Source: Ancylonema sp. (taxonomy: Eukaryota). Taken from it: 20,000 nucleotides of DNA. The stretch covers positions 49,756-69,755 of the forward strand of contig JBFLGF010000185.1 of NCBI GenBank assembly GCA_050230475.1. The letters run 5' to 3'. Both the position numbers and the translations under genes were made by a program. How positions within the stretch are numbered: the stretch's first letter is position 1; each line of letters opens with the position of its first letter. Below are positions 1 through 10,384 of the stretch, piece by piece. A model generated the notes under the pieces. It worked only from the letters and a program-made list of their open reading frames with translations, ran no database searches and was not told the DNA's origin.

Positions 1-263
1 ATGTGGTACACCGTTGATCGGATCGAAATGAAATGAAATGCGATTCGCAATTCGTTTTTTTTTACCTTGAGCCTGTATAATTTTCTCATCCCAACGAATT
101 TTAGACTGTGCGTGTGAAAATGGACTCTTAAATGTATTTCCAGCGTAAATCCGGCTTTGAACGCTCCCTCAGAGTAAGGTATGCCAATATTCCAAACTTC
201 TCCCCATCCCACTCCGGACCCGCTACAACAATTTCTTTGAAAGCGTCAGATTATTGTGCTTAC

Positions 264-358
264 CCGTCCCGCACTTGTGCCATCTCAAGCATTTGTGTCA
301 TGCGCTTCTGATCCTCTGGCGACATGCCCTCCATGTTAAAGTTATCCATGTCGGTCAT
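264..358 (-). CDS. TIM9: Mitochondrial intermembrane-space small Tim chaperone Tim9, first coding exon (gene continues beyond the left edge)
   Basis: Not in the ORF track. The minus strand from ATG at 358 reads MTDMDNFNMEGMSPEDQKRMTQMLEMAQVRD+GG, followed by a GTAAGC donor at 263 (phase 2). This matches the recalled N-terminus of plant Tim9 (..GLPEEDKAKMASMIDQLQLRDS-LRMYN..). A TTTAG acceptor at 372-368 suggests a 5'UTR intron. The twin CX3C motifs are not visible in the window. Confidence 0.82.
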
Positions 359-2140
359 CTTGTCTCCCTAAATGATAGGATGGAGTTGAAACGTTGAAAC
401 GTCGAAACGAATGCTGGGATCGATGGGCACAAATTTCAAGAGCAGAAATATGGATGATTCACTTGGCCCGACACTCGGTAAGCGAGGACCGACAGAAACA
501 CGCTCTGTTGCGTGCTGGTGATAACGAAGAAAGATGTATATGTGCAGTGCGCTTCCAAATTTCTGCGGCAACTTCTCCCCACCGACTCTCACAGAAATTC
601 GTAAATCACGAGCAGGGATGTCTCGGTTTTCGTCTGCTCTCCTTTCTCCTGCCTGGCGGAACTTACAAGTGGAAACCTCACCTTCTTGACATTGTGCACT
701 GTGCGTGCACAGCAACCCAATCCCCGTCGAGCTCGGCCTGGCAAAACTACTGCCAAACAGACGGATCTTGCCAACCATTTTCAACGTCAAGAGTCGCTGC
801 AGAGGGCCAGCCAAGACGGGCGGAAAGCTGCCAGCGGGCTGGGCGTCCGAATGTCGCGGACGCGCCATTCGGACTGTCTCGGACTCCGAGAGCCGTCCGA
901 TACATTGCGCCGTCCGCGCTATCATTTTGTCATTTTGCGGGCGGATTTTGTGGGTGAAGTGGTGGTGGTTACGGGTTACGGATACGCAGATGTTGTTTTC
1001 ACAAAATTTGTTTGCGGAATCTGCGCAGTGTTCTGAATGTGCTGCTCAACTACTAGCGTCATAGAGTAGCGCATTGTTGCACGTCTCTCTGACTTTTCTG
1101 CAGCGGATGCTTCATACATTTTACGCGGTCCTGGATGACAGGTTATGCCCACAACTATCCTCAAACCATCGGCACGCAGCAGTCAGTCACATAAAAAGTC
1201 AGTTTGCAAGGTCAGACTTGCAGTTCCAAGAAAAGTCATTTACTGATCTACACTTGAATAATTCCCCATTGCATCAATCACACGGATTTTCCTTGCCCTG
1301 ATCTGCCTAGAGGTTGCAAGGTCAAAGTCGCACTTCAAGTCAATAACCAAATAATTTATTAGGGGCAGTTACTTTTACTCCCCTTAGGGGATAATTGCTG
1401 TCTCGTGTGATGCCTGCGTGTTGAGCTTCAGCTTAAGTAGACTACAGTCACATCTTCAACTTCAGACTGGCAGAACACCACGTCAGTCAAATTGGCGCGA
1501 ACATCTGATAACTTCGGCTGATATGACGAAGTCATGGAGTGCATCTTGGTGAATTTTTTGATTGACAATTAGTTGCGCGCCACCCTCTACCCGCGCCGTA
1601 TTCATGTACTTCATGACTGGTCGATTACTTCTTGCTATGGGCTCGAACATTCGCCATAGGGTCATTGGGGTCATTTCGGACCCAAAAGATCGGTGCTGAC
1701 CGCTAATCACGGAAGACTGGTTCAATAATGTGCTGAAATCTCGAATGCGGCAGAATGCCGACCTCTCCGTACATTGCCCTGGCAGAACGCAGGGGACTCC
1801 GCTGATCTTTGTACTCATTCTTCCCTCCCCCTGACTGCAGGTAGTTGCACCCAGGAGACATCTAACCTCATTGCCAGCCAATCCTGGTGTGCCACCTGGC
1901 ATCCTCCGCATCATTCTCCTCCTACCACTTGTTGTCCTCCTGACCTTCCATTTCGGCTTATCCACTACGGTGCCACCTGTCCCAGACCTGCTCCCATATT
2001 ATAGGGACAACTCACCCGCTCAATCCGGAAAGGCACCAGGTGGCAGAACACATGCGGCACAATACAGTGTAGATCCGCCAGGTGGCACCTTCTCCATCAC
2101 CCCGCAAAACCGGGTGCCAGGTGGCAGGCTGGAGCTGGCA

Positions 2141-5030
2141 ATGGAGCACCCTAGACTTTGTCTCCTTTTCATAACGCTGGAGTACAAAAGCGGAACGTTT
2201 TCGGGAAATGGGATCTACGCCATGTCGATGGTGCGGTCGCTGGCGTCGCTGGGCCACTCCTTATTTGTGATCAGGTGAATTCAGCATACGCTGCACTGCA
2301 GTTCCGTGAATCCAGCTCAGCAGCCTTCAACATCATCTATTGGTTTACATGTGTGTCCAGGTACATATATTTGTGTATATATTCCTTTACATGTTCTCCT
2401 CTCTTTTTCTCTCTTCTCTCTTTTAGATTTTCTGATTATTTCGTGTGTATATCTATCTGTGTATGTATGTTCCTTGGATTGTGATGCGCTTTGCCGCCGT
2501 GAATCATGCAAAGGGAGTCTGTTCAGGGGTTTGCGTGCCGTTATTCGTGATTTATTTCTACTTGTTCAATCGATCAGTTTGCACTCTTTTGGGGATCAAA
2601 TCGTTTTATACACACTTCTTCCTCTCCTCTCATTGGTTTGATCCCTCATCGACACCCTCAGCGCCACCCCCCCCTCCGGATCCGATGACCCAGCCTCCCC
2701 ACCCGCCCCCACCCTCTCAAGAATGGATGTTGAGACGAACTTGGTCGAAATTCCGATCTCTGTTTGGGGCCGGCTTGACTGGAAGTGCGGATTCGAAGAT
2801 TTTGGCAACGGGATTGATGACGCCACCTGTCAAGCCGTCAAAATATTCTCTCCCCATTGGGTCCTGGCCGTCGATTGGTCTGCCATCGGGGTCTACAAGA
2901 ACCTCTCACAACGTGCCAGGTGGCAGCAGGAGGAGAGAAGGGAGGGGATGCCTGCCCCCCCTCTGTTTGCCTACTTGAACTACCGTGTGTATACCCTCTC
3001 AGAGTACAGTGGGGGGGATGGGGAGAAGGAGCGTGAGTTCTATCGGGAGAGGGAAGGGGAAGCCATGGCACTTGCTGATGTGGCGGCTGGGTTGAGTCGC
3101 AGGTGAGGGGATGGAGGTGTTGCGCCTTTTGACAAAACGAATCTTCTAATCTTCTAGTCTTCTAGTAGATTCTTAGGAGAGGTAGAGAACATAAGTGCAT
3201 ATGCACATGCATACACACATACATGAATACGGATGTACAAACATGAGATAAACATGATAACATACGTACTGACACACAACTGATATACAGACATGCATGC
3301 ATGCATTTACACACACATTTATACATACATACATGCATACATACATGCATACATACATGCGGACATGCTGGAACGAACTTATGTGCATACACACACACAC
3401 ACACATATATATGTACATACACAATTCCATCCACACAACATACGCATCACATCCACGAGTCAAACCACATCCATGCATACACACACGCATGAGTGGGAGA
3501 TGTGTGTTTTCCTCCAACTGCGTCTACTTTACGATACAAGCACGAACACATGTCACCTCCATACCGTTATTGTTTGGTTTCAAAGTGAGGACCGTGAGGC
3601 GCACGTTGAGGAGGGGCGGGGGAAGTGTGTTCGATGCAGAGACGCGGAGTTTTTGGGGTCCAGTCAGGGATTAGGGTTCAGGATGAGAGAGGGAGTGAAA
3701 GCAAAGAGTCTGTTGCCACCGCTAAGGGAAGATATCCGCCAGCTGGCGTTGGTGCAGCAAGCTCAGGTGATGGCAGCAGACGGGTGCGTGGGTACTCAGA
3801 GCGGAGACTTTTGAAAAAGTGAAGGGTGGCGTAAACACAGGTTTTGTGCAGCAGCAGAGATCGTAAAATGATGATTCGTAAAATGAATATTCACCTTCGT
3901 GTAGGTGGGAGGGTAGAGCGAATCTGGAACACCAAAATCAAGAAAAGTGGAATGTCCACCCATTGTCATCCATGTCTTTGGTGCCTGCCAGCTCAGCGCC
4001 AGCTCAGCAGGAGCCAGGTGGCAGTCAGGGAGGCGTTACCTGACGTGTTGCGTCAGACTGAGCCCCGAGAAGAACGCTGCACTGTTTGCTGACATCATCG
4101 AGGCCACAGCTCCCTTTTTGAGAGACCAAGGTATCATACCCCTCATATGCGCAGGGGCGGGGGGGAGGGGAGCACCCGGGTACCCGGGGGAGGTGATCAG
4201 GCGGGTGGTGGCAGCGGAGCCAGATAGTGAAGTCATCGAGGGGTTTATGGGGCCTGAGCGGATGGGGGAGGTGTATTCTAAGGTGGGGCTACAAGGGGGC
4301 AGTGCGAAATTCTGATAACTAATAATCTTGTCAAATAATAATTATTTTTATTTTTATTTATTTTTAATTTGTCATTTTCCTTTTTTAAAATTTTCGATTG
4401 TACACATTTTATTTTCTTTTTAAGTTTATTTTTTAAAGCCCTGGTTGAGCGGTGCAGGCTTTGTTCGAGAAATATGATGTGTCTGCAGGAAAAAAAAATG
4501 TTCGTCTCTCGTTTTTCCATCCATATTTTCAGAGTGAGAGGTACAGGGCTGAGAACACAATTTGAAGCAGAAATAATTGGAAAAATGCTTGGGCTCGTAG
4601 CGTAGAAAGTAAGGTGATGCAAGAGGGATTCCAATTGACTCAAAATATATCTTTCCCATGTGCGCAGACTCTGCTGAATATCCACCCCTGTTTATACGAC
4701 GCCTACGGGATGACACTTGTGGAAGCAGCAGCATTTGCTGCGCCTTCATTGGTCAATGTTGGGACAGGTGGTGCAGTGGGAGCCACAGAATTGCTCGATC
4801 CTTCACAAGGACTTGTTGTGGCGATGGATTTGGCACAGAGTATCGACGCCATCGCTGAGAAATTGATGGAGGTGCTCCGAAACAAAGAGCTTCTTCAGAG
4901 CATTGCTATGAAAGCCGCGCATAAAAGCGTTTCTTATAGCGAGGAGGCAAATGCGATTGCTTTGACAGAAATATTGGGGGAGGCCAGAGGCAGAATCGAA
5001 TCGCCAGAAGCGAGGAGGAGTCACTCGTGA
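2141..5030 (+). CDS. GT-B fold, GT4-like glycosyltransferase (Glycos_transf_1); exons 2141-2274, 2662-3102, 3640-3766, 3992-4282, 4668-5030; ~451 aa
   Basis: Five phase-compatible GT..AG-bounded exons total 1356 nt. N-terminal LLFITLEYKSGTFSGNGIYAMSMVRSLASLGHSLFVIS resembles the GT4 beta1 plus glycine loop. RLSPEKN corresponds to the R-L-x-x-x-K-G/N donor-binding motif. HPCLYDAYGMTLVEAAAF corresponds to the PSxxEGFGLxxLEA motif. The exon 3 acceptor could alternatively be at 3585/3586, and the true start may lie upstream of 2141. Confidence 0.85.
3196..3490. repeat. Compound (CATA)n/(CA)n/(CATG)n microsatellite in GT4 intron 2
   Basis: Runs such as catacatacatgcatacatacatgcatacatacatg and cacacacacacacac; these produce the low-complexity H/T/Y/M/V/C ORFs in the track. 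Confidence 0.9.
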
Positions 5031-5880
5031 TTGTAAAACGTGTGTTGAAAGCGTATGTTTCTGAGCTTCTTCACTCATTGTGTCGAAATCGACACTTGCA
5101 GGCGCCTGTGCTAAGATATCCAATCTTATTCTGGTGTACATTAGCTCGTTCTACTCCTTTGACTCATGAGAAATGTTGAGAGGGTCTTAATCCATAGGTG
5201 TACCAATGCATGAAATGACACATTTGTGATGTCATGCTACCTCTTTGAAGTCGGGACAATATGCAAGGTGCTTGGATTGGTCTCGCATATTCGTGAGGCA
5301 CGTGTGCCTACGTCATGTGTAACCCCTACATCTTCCTCACTGCCACACAGATGATTTCAATAAGGACACCTGTGAGTCTCGCATGCTATTGACATATTCG
5401 TGTACCAAAAAAATGACAAACGCTCTTCCTCTTCTGATCCCCTCCGTTTTGCGTGTAATATTGTTCCCAGAAGTTCAACTTCTAGCCCCCAAAGGTGCCA
5501 TGCCCATGAGGGGTGAGGGAGCAACGATGGAACAATGAAGAGAAGACATCCACTTCTTGAAATCTCTCACACTGGGACAAGCCGAGATGGTGGCGAATCG
5601 AGTTCTCAATTGTTGAATTTGTCAGTTCTTTGCACCACCTAGGAGTGAGTGAATCATCGAAATGAGATGGAGTGGTTAGTTGGTGCGTCAAAACTCCTAG
5701 TGTGTCATATTTATCTGGAATCTGCAATCCGGAACCTGGAACCTGGAAGCTTATTTGACGCGGAATGTTTTATTGTATTACAATACATCGCAGCAATAAG
5801 ACTCCAACATAAAGATCGGTGAGTATGGGTGGCAGAAGGCCGGGATTTAGAGGCTGCCCAGCTGCATGCGAACTCAGCAT

Positions 5881-5976
5881 CATAGTATCATAGTATCATA
5901 GTATCTTAGTATCATAGTATCATAGTATCATAGTATCATAGTATCATAGTATCATAGTATCATAGTATCATAGTAT
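5881..5976. repeat. 8-bp tandem repeat (CATAGTAT)x12
   Basis: Twelve consecutive units, one variant (CTTAGTAT); lies between the convergent GT4 and GILT 3' ends. Confidence 0.97.
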
Positions 5977-6196
5977 ACAGTGACCATGGCCACAACGGTT
6001 GTGCATTCATGATCCTACAACATCAATCTACAGGAATTGATTAAGGAAGCTCGCCATGATAGAATGAGAAGGCAGCTTCTATTGTCTCTACTACAATAAT
6101 GAATGACAGTAACCTGCATAATAATGCGATTCGCAGTATTGATGGCTTGTCCATCCCCAGAAACCAAGAAGTGGCCTTCATCTTTCCTATATCTGC

Positions 6197-8166
6197 TCAG
6201 ATGACCTCCTGCTCCAGAGCCCCAGCATTCATATCTCTGGGAGAGACTCCTTTCAGTCCATTTGTCCTTTTAGTGACTTTGGTGTTGCAATACGCGGGTG
6301 GCGGACCCTTGTATGCCTTGCACACCAAGGAAAGGACGTCCTCATAGTCCTGTGAGTAACACACGGAGCAGCGCCAAACATCAGCTTGGGAAACGATAGA
6401 AAGGACTCGAAGAAATGGGGATGAGGTCATGGCTGCATCAATCAAGCCATCTGCTCGATGTCACTGTGTATTCAGAGCATGTACTGACTACACATCTATA
6501 CATCTTCACATATATACATATATACAGCTGTACTGACTACACAGATATACAGCTATACAATTATACAGCTATACAACTATACAGCTATACAGTTATACAG
6601 CTACACAGTTATACAGCTATACAGCTTTACATCTATACATCTTTACATCTATACATCCATACATCCCTGATATTGTACCGTAATGGACCTCAACATTCTT
6701 ACTTGAATTGTACGTCCATTGAGTTAAGGGTGCAGTTATCTGACACAGGTGGACTCAGACATGGCACACATTCATCGTAGAAGCTAGAAGATGGAAGCTC
6801 ACTTCATAACTTGGTGCTCCGTTCACCAGCAGCCAGGGTACGTACTGGTGGGCAGGCTCCAGGGCATCAGTCTCACTAGCGAACGTTCGAATCAGCTGCC
6901 AGCAAACGAAAAAATAATGTCAAGTGTGGTATGTGAGGTCACTGACACACCAGATGAAAGCACCTATAGCAGGAAGGAAACGAAAGATCCTGTTGGAGCA
7001 GACAACGCCTATGATGGGAAGGCAGAAAGGTCGATAACTCGATTCTAATAAGTGATATAATATAATAAATCGATAATGATTCTTTGCGTAAGTGAGAGAC
7101 CGCACCTTGTCTCCCAAAGGTCCCAAGTAGCACTCCTCAATCTTCGACCACTCCAGGCCTGCCTTTTCAGCGCAGGCTGGAGCAGTGGATTCAAGAGAGT
7201 AGTCGCCGGCAATGCATTCCACGAATGGATACCATGTGGACTGAAAGCATAGGCAGACACATGAGTGATGAGGGTACAGAGACTGCCTACCAGTCTAGGA
7301 GGAGGTCATTCGTATAGCACGGCTGCTTTCAAACAGTAGGGTAGAAAGCTGACCACAGCTGGATAGAAGTGGACCGCACAGGCCTCGATGAGGTTGCCGG
7401 CGCACTCAATGACTCCGTGCTGCACGGCAACCACAGGCTGGAGTAGTCAGGAATGACTCTCAAATGGACATGGTTTGGTGCTTCAGCATCTCTTATCGAG
7501 TAGCCGCCCAGTCCAGTTAGAAATCAGATTATTTTCCATGCAATCGTCATTTTATATTCACAGCAGTGACATTGTGCAAGATTGGGAAGAAGAATGCTGC
7601 TGTTCAGGTTTGCTTAAAATGTAGACTGGCAGCCCTCCCACAGGCTCGACGGCTTACCTGGCAGACGATGGTGCCGTTCGGCGCTACCACCGCGTTGCCA
7701 TAAGGTATGATCAGGAAATCGGAAATCTCGATGTGAGGGCTTTCGACAAATTCCTTGAGAGCTCCTTTGATGAATGCCGCGCAGTAAGGGCAAAGCGACT
7801 CCTCGTAGAATTCTACAGACACTTTTTCGGGAATTGAAAGAAATTGGCGGAAAGCTCTAGAGAATCGCGTAAGAGACTGACATCCAAGACTGTAGGGAGC
7901 CCCAAAACCTGCACCAGACAAAAAATCGATTGCACTAGAACCGTCAAAACTCTGCATTGTGCTGTGCAGTTTACAACCGTCGTATCTCCAATACTTCTCT
8001 GCTGTACCATCAGCTGATCGCTTGACTTGGAAGGTGAAGGAGATGCATGAAAGATTGGAATAAAATTTGTGAACATACCAAGCGGAATAGCATGCACTGA
8101 AGTGCAAGCGACTGCGAGGATCATATAAGCACACACCAACGGCAGACGTCCGATCCGTGCCATCAT
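6197..8166 (-). CDS. GILT: Gamma-interferon-inducible lysosomal thiol reductase (GILT) family protein, copy 1; exons 8166-8079, 7908-7658, 7419-7354, 7240-7106, 6895-6803, 6349-6197; 261 aa
   Basis: Signal peptide MMARIGRLPLVCAYMILAVACTSVHA; active-site YEESLCPYC (CXXC); PYGNA; the GILT signature CQ|HGVIECAGNLIEAC split across intron 2; HQYVPWLLVNG; VCKAYKG. Six phase-compatible exons total 786 nt and end in TGA. Confidence 0.93.
6490..6665. repeat. Degenerate 8-bp tandem repeat (CTATACAG/CTATACAT-like) in GILT intron 5, copy 1
   Basis: tatacagctatacaattatacagctatacaactatacagctatacagttatacagc...tacatctatacatc. Confidence 0.88.
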
Positions 8167-10384
8167 AACTGCAGCAGCTACACTGTTCACGGGAAATAAC
8201 TTCTCACAGCGTAATTGAGAGCTTATTGACACAGTTATTTTCGAAAGCTCGTAGCAACCGGAACTTTGGACGGAGGAAAGGACCTGATGGCAGTCGTGGA
8301 CAGGCACCACAACGCATCTGTTATCTGCAGTTCCCCGCCAGATCCCGTTGTAGCTATGCAAGCAGCAGTCATTTTAGCGAGAATTTAGGATGCCCGCATT
8401 TTGCACTAAGTCTGGGCTGAGCGGGCCGACCCCACCGATCCTTTCCAATCTGTTCCCACCATTCCGCCCGTCTTATCCCAGCCTCTGCCGACCCGGTATG
8501 ACCGCGCACCCATTTCCAAGTCCACCAACATCTCCAAACCCGACCTCACCCATCATCCAATCTTGTGCCCCCCCATTTTTTCAATGCTTACGGACGCTCA
8601 CACCTCAGCCTACCCATTCCAGCTGCCCTCGACCCTCTTACAACGTCCCTTGCCCCTTCCAACCTCAGCAACTTGTACAAATCTGTATCAAGCACACCCA
8701 ACCTGCCGGTGCGGTTCCCTCCTTCTCTTAGTCGCACCCAACATTCCCCTCCCTTTCTCTCCTTAACCCGACCCAGTCCCAACCTCCCCTAATTTTAGTA
8801 AACCTGTATCGTTTTGGCCAATTGTTTATTATTTATCCTCGCCCAATTGCAACAGTATAGATTCTAGTGAAGATGGCAAAACATGATAGAGAAGCTGGGG
8901 GCTGGGAGTCGGGTATGAAACTCAATTACGGTGATAGTGCATATCTACACCCTGACAACCATAAATTTTGCGAGCATCCACGGAAAGCATGATTTGTAAC
9001 AAGCACACAAACGTGTATGTTTGTGTGCTTGTACGCGCGACCTCGCAAAACTAACAAAGGAGGCTTAATACCTCACTCTTGTTTATCAAATTATCGATGT
9101 TCATACACATCTTGCAACTCCAAGTGTGTGGGACACACGCAAATGTTAGCTTGAAGTAATCAAATCATACAAATTACCTCTAGATGTCATACCTAGTTTC
9201 AAGATTCCTTCGCCACATCCACATACTAGCAATCCATACTACAACGATTCATAAGGGACACGCAAGGCATGCGGCACATTCCGTTAGCATTAAATCAAAG
9301 TCTCAAGAGGAAGCACAAGAAGGAAATTTCACAACATGGGAAGATGTCGTAAGCATTGTTTGTGGCACACTGCCAGTTGATGAATTAATTGGAGGCTGAA
9401 CAATAAAATATGCTGTGTACAAAAGCCGCAGAGGTCTTTCTTGTGTTCAACACTGACTACCATTCAAAGGAGACAATCACTTGGCTTTACTTCTTCGAGC
9501 CGAGCCAATGTGATTTCGGTCCTGCTCATCATTTAATCAACCTCATAAAGCCTGAAAATAGGACCCTAAATCCCACCACTCACCAACTTGACAACCATGA
9601 AGCTGCAAATACAAGACTACTCACTCCGAAAGGTGACAGCCAAGCCTACTCCAATCTAACTCAAAATGGAACAGAAATCACCACCAACTTTCCCTCTCAT
9701 AACTGCAGCTTCATGGTCCTATTTCTCTTAGAGTCCAAAATTGCGACTGTATTGTTCTTGCAAGGTAGTTGCCGTACCCACAAGGGCCTCCACATTGTTA
9801 TGTGTTTGCCAATGCTCTCTTCTTACTCCATCACACTTTCTTTTCCCCTCTTTCGTATCTACTTCCTCACACCTCTTCCTCTCATTCTTTTGCATCCTCC
9901 GCTGCCACAGGAGCTGCCTCTGACCTGAACTCGCAGATTTCTCCGACAGAGTAGTGGGGGGAGCCAATACCACTAGTCGACTTCCCAATGTCCTCATCTC
10001 CCCCTCCAGCTCCCCGTCCAACTCCCCCTCCGACCCAAAGCTAAGATTCACTTGCTTCACACTCCCAATCGATTCGCATGACTCCGTGACATGTTCCCCC
10101 CCCCCAAACAGACCTTGCGAGACACCACGAATGGGATCTTTGCGATTCGCGAACGAATCGAAGTCAAACTCAAAATTGCCCTCGAGTGGATCGGCATCAT
10201 CCACCCCTTCCCCTCCTCCTCGATGCCCCGCGCCTTCCTTAGGCAGATTAAGAACCTCTTCCAAGCCTCCATCTATCACCTGTTCCGTCTCTCCCCAACA
10301 GAACAGCGCCCCAGGCGAGTCCACATCTTTCTGCCACAAGTGCGACCCTTCTACCTTCTGACATACTTTCAGGTCTTCCAAAAC

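Noticed and set aside
66..222. Possible minus-strand exon (TAG acceptor at ~223, GTAA donor at 65)
   Set aside because: No frame gives the LRMYN/CX3C sequence expected for the next Tim9 exon; treated as intron.
368..1301. Overlapping 100-187 aa ORFs on both strands
   Set aside because: No recognisable domains and several non-ATG starts; consistent with GC-rich promoter/UTR sequence.
1203..1392. Imperfect ~27-bp direct repeat (TTGCAAGGTCA..) and a short AGGGG/CCCCT inverted repeat
   Set aside because: Short and degenerate; cannot be distinguished from chance.
2036..2126. Three 10-bp repeats with ~30-nt unique spacers, superficially CRISPR-like
   Set aside because: The repeats are far too short, lie in an open frame of a spliced eukaryotic gene, and there are no cas genes.
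3162..3674. His/Cys/Val/Met-rich ORFs
   Set aside because: Translations of the intronic CATA/CA microsatellite.
4315..4440. Very AT-rich tract suggestive of a MITE
   Set aside because: No terminal inverted repeats or target-site duplication found; low-complexity intron sequence.
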